From contig OX597818.1 in the NCBI GenBank assembly GCA_951406725.2, positions 106,082,001 through 106,146,000 of the forward strand: a DNA stretch of 64,000 nucleotides, read 5' to 3'. The notes under the pieces were generated by a model that saw only the letters and a list, made by a program, of their open reading frames with translations, ran no database searches and had not been told where the DNA came from. Origin of the DNA: Octopus vulgaris. Taxonomy: Eukaryota. Positions 14,162 to 26,187 of this stretch are shown in pieces. The position numbers and the translations under genes were made by a program. Numbering within the stretch: position 1 is the first letter of the stretch; each line of letters starts with the position of its first letter.

Positions 14162-14992
14162 CCATAAATCCTCGAGTATAGTCCGCCCTTGAGTATAATA
14201 CACAGGGGATTTTTAGGGGGCTGTACCTCTGAAAAACCTCAACCTAGTGTATAATATGCACCCCTTCTCTAACTTGAGTCAAGGAGGTCTATATAACGTC
14301 CTTGGTTTGTAAAAATGTATACGGTAACGTCCTTCAGTATATGATATAACTTCAAGTTTAAACATAGCTGAATAAGATCTACGAGGCATTTTATGGGCAT
14401 GTAATGTATAAAATGTTTTATTGGAGATTAATGTACAGGTTTAAGTCCTGCTTATAAAAAACCCTAGTAAAGACCCACAGTAGTTCAAACATTTAATACT
14501 GGTATCTATTGTTTGCCATGGTGATGATGCAATCTGCCAATACAAACGGCAGGATGAACTACTTAGCGCTAGATTATTAAGCACAATTCGTGCATATTTA
14601 AGCCAGCAGTACTTAATCGAACAAATACTTCCGCACATGTGTAATATAATAATGCTGATGTTCTTAACTGTTATATGGGAATGTAAATATGTTTGCAAAT
14701 TGTTTTTGTTACATGTTGTTCTGTGTTCTGAATACTTTTATTTTAATAAATGTTGCTTCCTGCAAGTTATGGATGATTCTTTTATGACTTCATTGCTTTC
14801 AGGCTTAGCTTAAGGTATTTTCATACCCAACATCACAAAATGCATCTGAATAAACATTGCCGGACAGCAAATAGAGACTCGGACATTGCTTAGAAAATAT
14901 TTTTCATTTTTAACCTCATATATAGTATGCACTAGGGATTTTGACCTTTAAATTTTTGGAAAAAAATGCGGATTAAAGTCAAGGATTTACGG
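14162..14992. mobile_element. Tc2/pogo-like MITE inserted in Gypsy RNase H
   Basis: TA TSD (14160-61, 14993-94). TIRs ccataaatcctcgag / gtcaaggatttacgg. Removing it restores the frame TDHCPLLSIYSSKNAIPTHTANRLQ. Confidence 0.9.
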
Positions 14993-15622
14993 TACAGTTC
15001 TAAAAATGCAATACCAACACACAGCAAATAGACTACAGTGATGGAGCACCACATTATTGAATTATGATTACAAAATGGAATATTTACCATAAAAAAACTA
15101 GGGCATGCAGATGGTTTGTCCAGACTAATACTGAAACACTGCAAGCCATTTGAAGATATGGTAATCACAGCTTATGTTGAATGTGGTACGTGAATTGCCA
15201 GTAACCCTAGAAGACATAAAGTGAAATGCAGTAAAGGATAAATTCATAACAGAAGTGAAAAGAACACTGTGGTCAGGAAAAGAAAATAGGAACAGGATTG
15301 GTGTGAAAGGAAACCAAGATGTGAACCTATACTCAATCTGTGATGGTGTACTGATTGTATGCACAGAGATTAATGATACCTGAAATACTACAAAAGAAAA
15401 TGTTTAAGGGAATTTAATGTTGGATGTCCTGATATTTCGAGGATGAAAGCTTTAATGTGTAGCTACATATACTGACCAAAAAATGGATAGAAAAATCGAA
15501 AATTTAATGAAAGGCTGTAGAATTGAGCTCTAGCAACAAAATTACTGACAATGAAAATGAACCTTGGCCAAAAGTAGATGTTCCATGGTCGAGACTACAC
15601 ATTGATTTCGCTGGTCCTTTAA

Positions 15623-16716
15623 CCCTTTCGTTACCAAACCACCCAAAGCCGCCCGAAAAAAATTTTGGTTAATGTGACCAAACCGCCCAAACCCGCCCAA
15701 ACCCGCCCGTATTTACCTATTCATATTTAAATGAGAATATCAGAGCAAATCTCTTTAGTACATTCGTGAAAACACGTATTATACTTCGTAAACAGTTCGA
15801 CTACAGTTTTGTACAACAATTGAAGTGTAATTTTAATTCCGTGAATTTTGAGAGATTTTTTTCCGAAATTTGTTCCTATTGTGTTTTCAAAATTTGTAAT
15901 TCGGACAAAAAATGGATACGAATTTCATTATATCAAGCAGCGAGTCAGAATTCGAAGGATTTTCTACTGAAGACCTTGATAAATCTAACTCTATGACTGA
16001 AAAAAAAAGCACGTGGTATTTGATAATGAATCTGATGTTTCATTTTCCAAAAGTGAAAACAGTGAATCCGAGAGCTCCGACAGCGATAAAGAAAATGAAT
16101 TGGCACCTGAATGGAGTGAAAATTTAAAAACTGTTTCTTTCAGTGATTTTTCTGAAGAAACTGGACCAAGCCACAGACTTTCCCAGGAGAGTAAAGCCTA
16201 AGACTATTTCTTTTTACTTTTTCGAATGAGCCTATTTGAAATCATTACGGTGGAAACGAACCGCTACGCTGAATGTAAACAAAGCGAAAGAAAGGATAGT
16301 TTGTGGTTTCCCACACCCTTAAATGAAATTAAGACTATTTTGCCATAAATATTATTATGGGTATCAGAAAGTTACCCAGAATAACAAATTCTATTGTAAA
16401 ATTTTGTTGTATACCCAATTGAATATTAGCTAATAACCCATTTTCTATAGCGATGTTTGAACAAAATTTTAATAATTTTATATTTTGTTGAATTTACCTG
16501 TATCTACCTGCAATTAGAGTCACTTTGTGACAAAAATATAGTATAGAATTGGTTGAGAATATTTCATTAAATTATCTTCCAAAAATCAGATTAATATATT
16601 GATAAATAAAAAAGTTATAGTTGTTTAATGAAACCAGACTAAATTTATGATTATGTTAGAAATTAATTGAAACACATAAGGGGTGTATTTTGGTCAGAAA
16701 TATAGTAACGAAAAGG
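15623..16716 (+). mobile_element. Internally deleted piggyBac element inserted in Gypsy integrase
   Basis: TTAA TSD (15619-22, 16717-20). 12-bp TIRs ccctttcgttac / gtaacgaaaagg (1 mismatch). Acidic N-terminus and LFEIITVETNRYA...W..T..EIK...IIMGIRKLP transposase motifs. Excision restores HIDFAGPLNGPYYFVVVDSF. Confidence 0.93.
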
Positions 16717-17549
16717 TTAAATGGTCCATACTACTTTGTGGTAGTTGATAGCTTTTAATTTGTAAATGTAAAAAAACAACCTCCTCAACTGTGACAAATT
16801 TTTTACCTGAGCTGTCTGACAATAGAATGCAATTTGTGTCTTTTGAATTTAAAAAGTTCTGTAAAACATTTTTTGTAGAACATGTAACTATGGCACCATA
16901 CCATCCCAGATACAAGCAGAATGCTTTGTCAATACGTTCAAGAGAGTCCTAAGACAGTTGAATAAGGAAGTCATGGATGAGGTAACTCTACAACAATGCT
17001 TAAGAGTATACTGTGTGACAATAAATCCAAATACACCAGTGGAGCTGATGTTTGCGAGGAAAATAAAATCAGTTTCAACAAATTGCTACCTGGCAAAAAG
17101 AGAAAAATTGCAATGGAAAATACAGCAAGATTAGTGAAAAGGTATTTGTAAGGGCATATACAAACAGAAAACAGAGTTAGAAAGATGGCCTGATTACCAA
17201 ACGCATAGGAAAAATACTATACTTAGTAAAAAGTAGAAAAGGCATATACAAGAGACACACGAACCAACTGAAAAAAGATTCATTGAGAGCAAACCCAAAA
17301 GAATAGAAGAACCAATGGAATGGTTATATGATACTTTTCAAGTACCAAAGCTACTACAGGTAATTGAATCCAGGTGCACGAGCATAAGGAAAAGAAAATG
17401 TATGGAGTTTCTGGAAGTGGATGCCAAATGGAAAATATATTAAATGTGTAACAAAAAAAATCAACTCAAAAAAGGGAGGTGGGATGATATAAAAAGTATT
17501 GCTATTAAAAGAAATAAAATTACACTCTAAGAAAACTGAAAAGGAGATA

Positions 17550-17754
17550 TGTTGTGGGGATAATAGTAATAATGGTACACCCCTCCCATATGATGAGTGG
17601 TATGTGCTAGTTGTTATAAATAAGGCAGCATTGGTCATTATAAACAGGGAGTACATATTAGACAGTCGTAGATGGTCATGGCATTACTGGTCTAACAGCT
17701 ATACCACTATACCAGAGTGGGCATTATAACAATCCAACATTAAGGATTACAACA
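17550..17754 (+). mobile_element. Gypsy 3' LTR (205 bp)
   Basis: TGTTGT...ACAACA inverted termini, purine-rich tract immediately upstream, followed by the TSD. Confidence 0.85.
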
Positions 17755-18009
17755 AAAACAAGGTCTGTTTTCTCAGTATTAGATACAATACATTGCATGA
17801 TATTGCAATATATAGAAATTCTCAGATTTCTGGAAATTCTGGATATCTGGAAGCCAGATGAGAGGTCTGGTACTGTATATTTTATTGTTGTTGTTGTTTC
17901 TTTTGTATGTACATCCTCTGTAATATCCTGTTCCAAAGTATGAGCCAAGCCTGAAGCACTATTTTGATTGACAATCATTTCCATGTTGTCATGCAAATGG
18001 TTGGTGAAC

Positions 18010-18186
18010 TTTTCTATTCCTTCTTCAAGAGTCTTAGTACACCAATGATTATAGTATTATTTTGGTTTCATATTCTACTTTTTCCTGATATTGATTTCCA
18101 GATCTGTGTACTTGGTTAATTTCTCATTGACTCTCATGAAGTCATTTCTTTCAGAAGGTACTGCAATGTCAAAATGCAGACACCTC
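18010..18186 (-). mobile_element. R4/Dong-like non-LTR retrotransposon, restriction-like endonuclease fragment
   Basis: Hand translation RCLHFDIAVPSERNDFMRVNEKLTKYTDLEINIRKK* resembles the D-[VI]-A-V-P ... EKxxKY motif of RLE domains. Confidence 0.7.
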
Positions 18187-18716
18187 CCATCTCTGGGTAA
18201 GGTTGAATTTCTTCAGGACAAGTAGCCCATCCCACTCAAAGGGTCTTTGAATAAGGGTCATTTAAGGATGATGAATAAAACACCCATATTTCTAGAGGTG
18301 AATTATTCAAACCTCAAGAGTTCCTCTCTGCACATGACAATGAAGTTCCTTCACTACTCCTGCTCATGATCAGGGATACACATATCAGCCACTAAGGGAC
18401 ATACTCAACTGGTTAAGGTCAGTCAACTGAGAAGCAAATCTGTGGTATCAAGCAGAATATTTGCTGAAATCCATCTTTTACACCAAGTGTTAACATGTGC
18501 TGCTGTTGTTGTTGTGTCTTAACGATTAAAAGCAATGAAAATTAACTGAAGAAGGGATGTTCACTTTGACTTTGGAATTTCAGCAAGGAAGGTTGGTTGA
18601 TAAGCCTTCCTTGGAAAAACTTCAATGCTCAAAAGAACATTTAAAATTTTTTTAAAGAATGAATCAATGTATTAATATCAGTACCAAAGAAGATATATAT
18701 ACATATATATATATAT

Positions 18717-18767
<51 letters not shown>

Positions 18768-18774
<7 letters not shown>

Positions 18775-19134
18775 AAATCCGTTCTGTCTGTGTGTGTGTG
18801 TCTTCTAGGATCTCGGGCATCCTCCATCCAATTGTGCTCAAATTTGATATGTAGATACCAACAGAATCAAGGTGTGTATAAGTCTTGAAAAAATTACAAA
18901 AATCGATTCCAGATGAGAATGCGATCGATAAAGCCGTAGGAACATGCAAGTACATCAGCTGTTGTGATCGGTACTACATATATGTGAGAAAGTGCATGTG
19001 CAGTTTGTGCAAAAAAAGCCAGCTGGTTTGAAATAATGCCACAAAATGGGATGGTCAGACAAGTTGTTTTGAGAAAATTTGGTTTAAATGTTTGACAACT
19101 CAGCACTGTCCATTGGACAGGGTGCGTTTTGCTC

Positions 19135-19136
<2 letters not shown>
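18768..19136 (+). mobile_element. Non-autonomous Helitron-like element within a TA tract
   Basis: tatataaaa...gtctgtgtg start; subterminal hairpin CTGTCC-att-GGACAG (19106-19120); CTCG|T end resembling CTRR|T. Confidence 0.55.
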
Positions 19137-19179
<43 letters not shown>

Positions 19180-19790
19180 CATACATATATATATATGTGT
19201 ATGTATGTATGTATTTATCTCAATAATACTAAAACTATAGGGATGTTTGTGTGTACCTGAAATATCTCAGAAACAGAATATTTTGTCTTAATTTTTTTTT
19301 TGCATATTTATTTTCATACTTAGCTTCGGCAGTGCAGTACAAATTTTTGTGATATTTGGACCTCTATTTATTAATGAAAACAAGTAAACATAGTTTTTGT
19401 GTTTACTCATAATGTCAACACACATACACACATACAGAATACACACACATATAATGAATGTCATGGCATGTCAATCAACACAAAGACACGTCCACTATCT
19501 GTGATATATACACACACACAGTCTTCACACTCTCTAAGAAAGGAAAAAATGTCGACTTTTTGATGTGTACAATATTCTAATCATTCAGAAATATTTTTAA
19601 CTGAATGTGATTTCAAAAATGCTAGTTGTTTTGTACAGTTAGTACTTATATTTTAGCTTTCTTTAAAAAGACAATATTTTAATGTTTTTTTAATTATTTT
19701 AAAGTCATTAATTTCTGTAAAAAAATTTTATTTACTTTTGTTTTAAAGTGAAAGAGAGGAGAAAGTGAAAGATGTATGGGTATATCAAGT

Positions 19791-20200
19791 AGGCGCAGTA
19801 ATGGCTGTGTGGTAAGTAGCTTGCTTACCAACTACATGGCTCCGGGTTCATTCCCTCTGCATGGCACCTAGGGCAAGTGCCTTCTACTATAGCCTCAGGC
19901 CAATCAAAGCCTTGTGGGTGGATTTGGTAGACGGAAACTGAAAGAAGCCTGTTGTATATATGTTTATATATATGTATGTGTGTGTATATGTTTGTGTGTC
20001 TGTGTTTGACTCCCCCAACATCACTTGACAACCGATGGAGGTGTGTTTACGTCCGCGTAATTTAGTGGTTCGGCAAAAGAGACCAATGAAATAAGTACAA
20101 GGTTTCCAAAGAATAAGTCCTGGGGTCGATTTGCTCGATTAAAAGCGGTGCTCCAGCATGGCCGCAGTCAAATGACTGAGACAAGTAAAAGAGAAAAAGA
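19791..20200 (+). mobile_element. Full-length tRNA-derived CORE-type SINE (octopus OR-like)
   Basis: A-box tggctgtgtgg, B-box gggttcattcc, CORE-like gggcaagtg, central TA/TG tract, AAAAGAG tail. Many copies elsewhere in the window. Confidence 0.85.
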
Positions 20201-20442
20201 GATATAAAATGGACGTGTGTGAGTGAAAGTGAGAGAGAGAGAGAGAGAGAGAGAGAGGGGAAGAGAGAGAGTAAAAAAAAGAGAGAGAAAGGGAGTGAGT
20301 GAAGGGGTGTGTTATCATGTGTATGTACATACATCAATGCATATGCATGCATCTTTTTTGTATGTACATGTGTGTATGTGTGTGTGAGAGAGAGGGGGGT
20401 GAATGAGCGAATGTATGAGTTCTCATGCATGTGTAAGTGGCA

Positions 20443-20477
<35 letters not shown>

Positions 20478-21804
20478 CCATTTCATATACACGTTCATAG
20501 ATCTTTCACTTTCTCCTCTCTTTCACTTTAAAACATACCCTATATATATGTATGTATGTATTTATCTTAATAATACTAAAACTATAGTGATGTTTGTGTG
20601 TATCCAAAATATCTTAGAAATAGTATATTATATCTTATTTCTTTTTGCATATTTATTTTCATATATACCTTTGGCAGTGCAGTACAAATTTTTGTGTCAT
20701 TTGTGTACACACACACACATGTATGTATATATGTATATACTTCTTTTTCATACACACACGTAAAGACATACGAGAGAATTTGTTTTGGCTTCCAAATGAA
20801 AACTAAATCATTGAAAGTGGTTTCTTCTGTTTCTTGAAAGCTTAATCTTCACAAATTCAAATGCCTGCAGAAAAATTTTTCTTCCAGTTCAAGGCTGCAA
20901 TTATAATCCAGTATATGTATGTATGTATGCATGTGTGTGTGTGTATATTTGTGCGTGTGCATGCGTATGTGTGCACATGTGCAAACATTTATGTGTGATC
21001 TCTATGCATATTTCTATTCAGTATTAAAAATACTCTGAACAAGGTGTTAGAGGTATATTTCTACAACTAACATCTTTGCCTGAGAAAGATTATACGGATG
21101 AAGTGAAGAAAAGAGAACAGTATGTGGTGGTGGTGGGTGAAAGGAGGGTGAATAGAAGGCTATGTTGACAGTCTTATTCTTAACAAATTATTCTTTTTAC
21201 AAAGTGCAAAAAATTCCTGGGAATGATATTTGACTGCAGTTTCAGAAGTATTAAATGATTGAGAAAGAAACTTTCTCAACTAGTTTGGAAATAGGACACT
21301 ATTCTATCACTGCTATATACTTCAGAATTATTTTATTTTATCTACTCTTTGAAACAGTAATTTTTATTTATAGTCAATAACTTACAAGTGTATGTTTTTT
21401 TACCTACTGATATGGAGGAATGGTCAATGCTCATGACCTTTGCAGTACCTTTGAAGACAGTGAGCTTGATGTTAATGTACTGTTTAAACAGTTACAAGTC
21501 AATACTTGCAGGAAAGGCATGAGCCAGGAGAAGCTTTGAGAGTACCAAAGTTCTAGTTTTCTGGTGTCCTGGGTTGAAGAACTGGGCATAGTAGTTTATA
21601 GTAGGGCTGGGGTCAGAGTGGATGCATCAAGAGTAATTAGAGATGATGAGACAAGTGGAAGGAGGTACATAGTCAATGACTTATTGAGGGTGGAGGCTCT
21701 GCCAGGATATTTGTTTTTATGTGCTGATCAGGAGGAATGGTCATTCAAGGCCTTAGAGAACAGAGAGCTTGATGTTGTTAATATGCTGTTTAAACAGATG
21801 CTGA

Positions 21805-22145
21805 GTGAAGGCACATGGCTCAGTGGTTAGAGTGTCAGACTCACAATCATGAGGTAGGGAGTTCAATTCCCCAGATCAGGCTGTCTGATGTGTTCATGAG
21901 GAAGACACTTTATTTTATATTGCTCCAATTTACTGAGCTGTATAAGTGAGTTGCAATGTCATTGGTGCCAAGCTGTATCAGCCTTTGCCTTTCTCTTTGA
22001 TAACATCAGTGGTGTGGAGAGAGGAGGCTGGTATATATGGGTGACTGCTGGTCTTCCATAAATAACCTTGCCTGAACTTGTACTTTGGAGGATAACTTTC
22101 TAGGTGCAACCCCATGGTCATTCATGACCAAAGAGAGTCTTTCCT
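21805..22145 (+). mobile_element. tRNA-derived SINE, second family
   Basis: A-box tggctcagtgg, B-box gagttcaattcc. Related copy at 24110-24350. It interrupts a local duplication. Confidence 0.75.
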
Positions 22146-25100
22146 TCTTCCAAAAAGTTGCAGATCAATATTTGCAGGAAAGACATGAGCCAAGAGAAGA
22201 TTACCACAAGTCAATGTTCTGATGTTCTGAAGTTGAAGAACTGAGCATAGTGGTTTACATTAGGGGGTGGATACATCAAGGGTGATGAATGATGTTGAGA
22301 CAAGTTGGTCAAAGTGACTGAATGAAGGAGGTACAAGATGAACCTTTTCCAAGGAACAGAGGTTGTTATGGTTGTGACAGAAAAGACAGAGTGAGGAAAC
22401 AGTATATCCGTGGTCCAGAGGCTGGTATATGTCTGTTGGTAATTGGATGTAGTCTAAGATGACTGTGTGTGTATATGTAGCATCATAACCCTCACTTAAG
22501 CCATGTGAAGTGCCAACAGCAATTGGTGGTTGAAATATTTTCTGGCCCTAAGTTGAAGAGATAGTCTTTGGAATATGGCTCTAGCTATGTTAAGAATATG
22601 ATTTTGCTAGAAGAGATCCAATATTTGGAGTAACCATGCTCATATGAGTAAATCTTGAGTTCTTTTATTTTTTTCTTTCTATGTAGTGAATCAAGAGGAG
22701 AACGATTTCCTTTTGATACACTTCATTCAAATAAATCTTTAACAATGGATTAAAAAGTATTTTGTATCACAAATAACTCATAGGAAAATCTGGTGCCTAT
22801 TCTCTTCAATTGGCTAAACTAATCCTTTTCTTTACAAAATCTGTAACCCAAAGAGGCCATAGGTATACAGTGATAGACACAACTTCATTTTGCCCCTCTT
22901 TTCTGGTTATTAGCCTGCTTGACCCCCTCCCCCATTACCACTTTTGATTCATTATGTATTTTAAGTTTGGATGCATCTTCAAATAGTATTTCAATATGCA
23001 GATAACCTATGGTATTAGCCTCCATTTCATGCATAGTTAGTTGTTGGCTTCCCTGTGAGAGACACTTCCTCATTTGACAGGTTTTTTAAAAAATATTTAA
23101 AATTTTGTTGGACCCTCAACCTCTCACCAGTAAATGATTTGGGGCTGGTTTGAATTAAAGTGCATTGAATTAAATACCTGCAGCAAATATGAAATTATGA
23201 CCTGACAACAAAAGAAAATTTATTGAATGGATAAAATCTCAAAGGCCATTCAATCCAGTTGGAGATAACTTACAGAGCCACAGTTAACTGAGTCTGTAGG
23301 AGGACAATCCCTAGTATGAGGTTAACAGATGGATGGGTAGATGGATGGGTAGATGGATGTGTGGTTGGATGAATGGATGGATGGATTTTATCTGTCTTTT
23401 CCTCAGAAGGATGACAGGCATCTTGGTGAAGCTAGAAAAAAAGTACAAGATATTTTATCTGAAGTCAGTAGAAATATTAAAAGTCTTAATTTCTAAGTTC
23501 AAATTTGACTGGGGACAACTTAGTCTTTCAATAACAAACTTGATCTCAATAGTACCCATTTACTAAAACCTTATCTTTTCAGTAATTCCTTTTCCATCAC
23601 TTGTTAGAGAATGGCAGAGAATTGTTTAGTCCTAAGTTAGACCTGATAATAGATTAATAGATTATAGATGTCAGATTCATGATCATAGACGTTTCAGCCA
23701 TTACTTTGTCTTTTTGTTATGTATGGCAATTGAATTAGCAGAATTGTTAGAGTATGAGAAAAAAACCTTGCAGTTTTTATGCCAGCACTCTCTGTACTCT
23801 GGTTCAAATCCTGCTTTGACATTCAACCTTTCAGAGGTTGATAAAATACAATACCAATTCAGGGCTGATTGCTGTGACTATTAGAATATCAGATGAGGTT
23901 CAATGCAGTACTTGTCTCAGCTATTTGTGCTCTGAGTTCTTGGATTGTAGACTTAACCCACTGTTTGTTTAACACCATTATCTTGGATGTTACAAGCATT
24001 CAGGTTAGGATTCCAGTTTGAGAATAACTCCTTTTTTTCCCTCCCACCAATCTTAAAAATCCTGAAAAATAAAGAGTCAGGGACAACCTTTCCCTCCCTG
24101 ACTAATGGTGGAGGCACATGGTCTAGTGGTTAGGGTATTGGACTTATGATCATAAGAGCGTGGTTTTGATTTTTGGATCAAGTAATGTGTTGTGTTCTTG
24201 AGCAAAACACTTCATTTCACATTGCGCCCATCCACTCAGTCGGCAAAAATGAATAATTCTGTGATGGACCAGGTTGGGAATTTATATGCTATGGAAACCA
24301 GAAAATTGGCCCTTATTAGTTGGCATGACTCGAGAAGGTAACTTTACCTTTTTTCTCTCTTTGACTAATTGATTAAAAAGCAAAAAAAAACAACAAAAGG
24401 GCCATCCTTTTAAGGATAAAAAAAACGGAAAATATATCCTGTCTTAATTTCCAGAGACAATGCATCTAGAACTACATGATCCAAAGTGTTCATTCTTATT
24501 TATGGTAGAAGGGTGTCTTTTGAAGGATATTTGGCTGTTATTTCTAACAGATTGAGCAACTATGAGGAGGATCCCTTGTAATTAGAGTAGCAAATTATTT
24601 TTATTGCTTATTCAGAAGGGAAGAGAATGGTCTGAAAAACATGAGGTCAGGAACAACCTTTCTCTCCCTAAATAACTGGTAAAAAATACTGAAAAAGAGG
24701 ACCAGATTGAAGCATACAGTCAAGTTCAAATCTCACTAGGTTTGGCTTTGCTTATTATCCCTCTAAGGATGATAAAAAAGAAAAATTTCAAGGATCACAC
24801 TAGCCAATGTCTTCTCCACTTTCAAAACAACCAAAATGTGATTTGAGAAAGAGTGGTTGCTATTTTTAGCAGTTCAAGGAATCAAATAGAAGCTCTCTTA
24901 TTGGCTCATTCATAAGAGAGTAGAATTCAGATCCACTGACAAGAGTTTAAAATAATTGCTTTAAATGTTCAAGACCAGTAAGTCCCTACCAACATATGCT
25001 GTGACAGAATTAACAACAATATATGGTGCTAAAGTCTATAGTTCAATATACTTACTGACATTGTTGGATTTAAACATAACATAGATAATTGTTTAATGTA

Positions 25101-25164
25101 GTAGTGTAGTGTGTCAAATTGTGTGTGTGTGTGTATGATATGTATATGTCTATATATCATATAT

Positions 25165-25500
25165 ATCATTATCTTCATCATCATCATTTTATGTCTGCTT
25201 TCCATGCTGACATGGGTTGAACAGTTTGACTAGAGCTGGCTAGGCAGAAGACTGCACCAGGCTTCAGTGTCTGTTTTGGCATGGTTTTTGTTTTACAGCT
25301 GGATGCCCTTCCTAACACCAACCACTCTGCAGAGTGGACTAATTGCTATTTACATGGCACCAGCCCAGGCGTGGTCAGTTTTGGCATGGTTTTTACAGAT
25401 GGATGCCCTTCCAAATGCCAACCACTTTACAATGTGGACTGGATGCTTTTTACATGGCACCAGCACTGGCAGGGTCACCAAGTAACTTGCAAGATAAAAA
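25165..25500 (-). mobile_element. RTE 3'UTR/tail fragment followed by a purine-rich tract
   Basis: (CAT)n tail, gctggatgcccttcctaacaccaaccac motif present twice in tandem; same organisation as 204-840. Confidence 0.75.
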
Positions 25501-26187
25501 TCCTTTGAGAGGGAGGGAGCATAGGAGGAAGTGATATTGTGCCATATGATGGAAGGTTAGAGTGTGATAGAGAGACAGAAACAGGCGTCTTGCTATAGAG
25601 GAGGTACATGGCTATCCAGTTAGAGAAAGAAAGAGAGAGAGAGAGAGAGTGGGGGTTGAATGATCAAGAAAGAGGACAGAAACAGGCATGTTGCTGTAGA
25701 GGAGATACATGGTTACCCATCAACAAGGAAGTGTAAGAGAAAGAGAGAGAGGAAGTGGAAGAGAGCAAGGGTGCAAAAGAGAGAGCAGGAGAGAGATAGT
25801 GGTGAAGTGCCTGAGCATACTCACAAGGAGCGGGGATCAGAATATAAATGGGATGGTAGGGCAGAGCAACAGAGAGATAGATGGTTTTGAACTGCCTGGG
25901 AGTACCCTCAAGGTACAGGGGTCAGAATATGAATAGCTGGGTATTACCAAAGGTGCATGAGTAGGGTGTAGAGATTTTACATGAATGCCAAGAATGTGTG
26001 GGTGGGGAATGCAGTGACTGGTGAAACCTGGGTATATAGAGGGGTGGGGGATTACAGTATTTCATTGACATATTGAGCAGAGCAGTGAGGACAGGATTGG
26101 GGAGCAAGAGATAGGCATAGCATATGAAAAGAGGGAATGTGAGGAAGAATAGAGATGTAGTTTAGTTTGTTGAATATTTATATATAT

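Larger units (their letters stand above)
13300..17754 (+). mobile_element. Gypsy/Ty3 LTR retrotransposon, internally deleted and degenerate, with two nested DNA transposons
   Basis: TSD AAAAC at 13295-13299 and 17755-17759. 5' LTR stub tgttgaagggataatagtaataatggt matches the 3' LTR start at 17550. RT (KLDL..YLQI, APSIFQQIMD), RNase H (TDASDYG, AERNYSQ, TDHCPL, HADGLSRL) and integrase (PWSRLHIDFAGP) occur in Gypsy order. Confidence 0.92.

Noticed and set aside
19791-19870. tRNA gene-like sequences here and at 21805 and 24110
   Set aside because: They are SINE heads: A/B boxes without a complete cloverleaf, continuing into SINE bodies.
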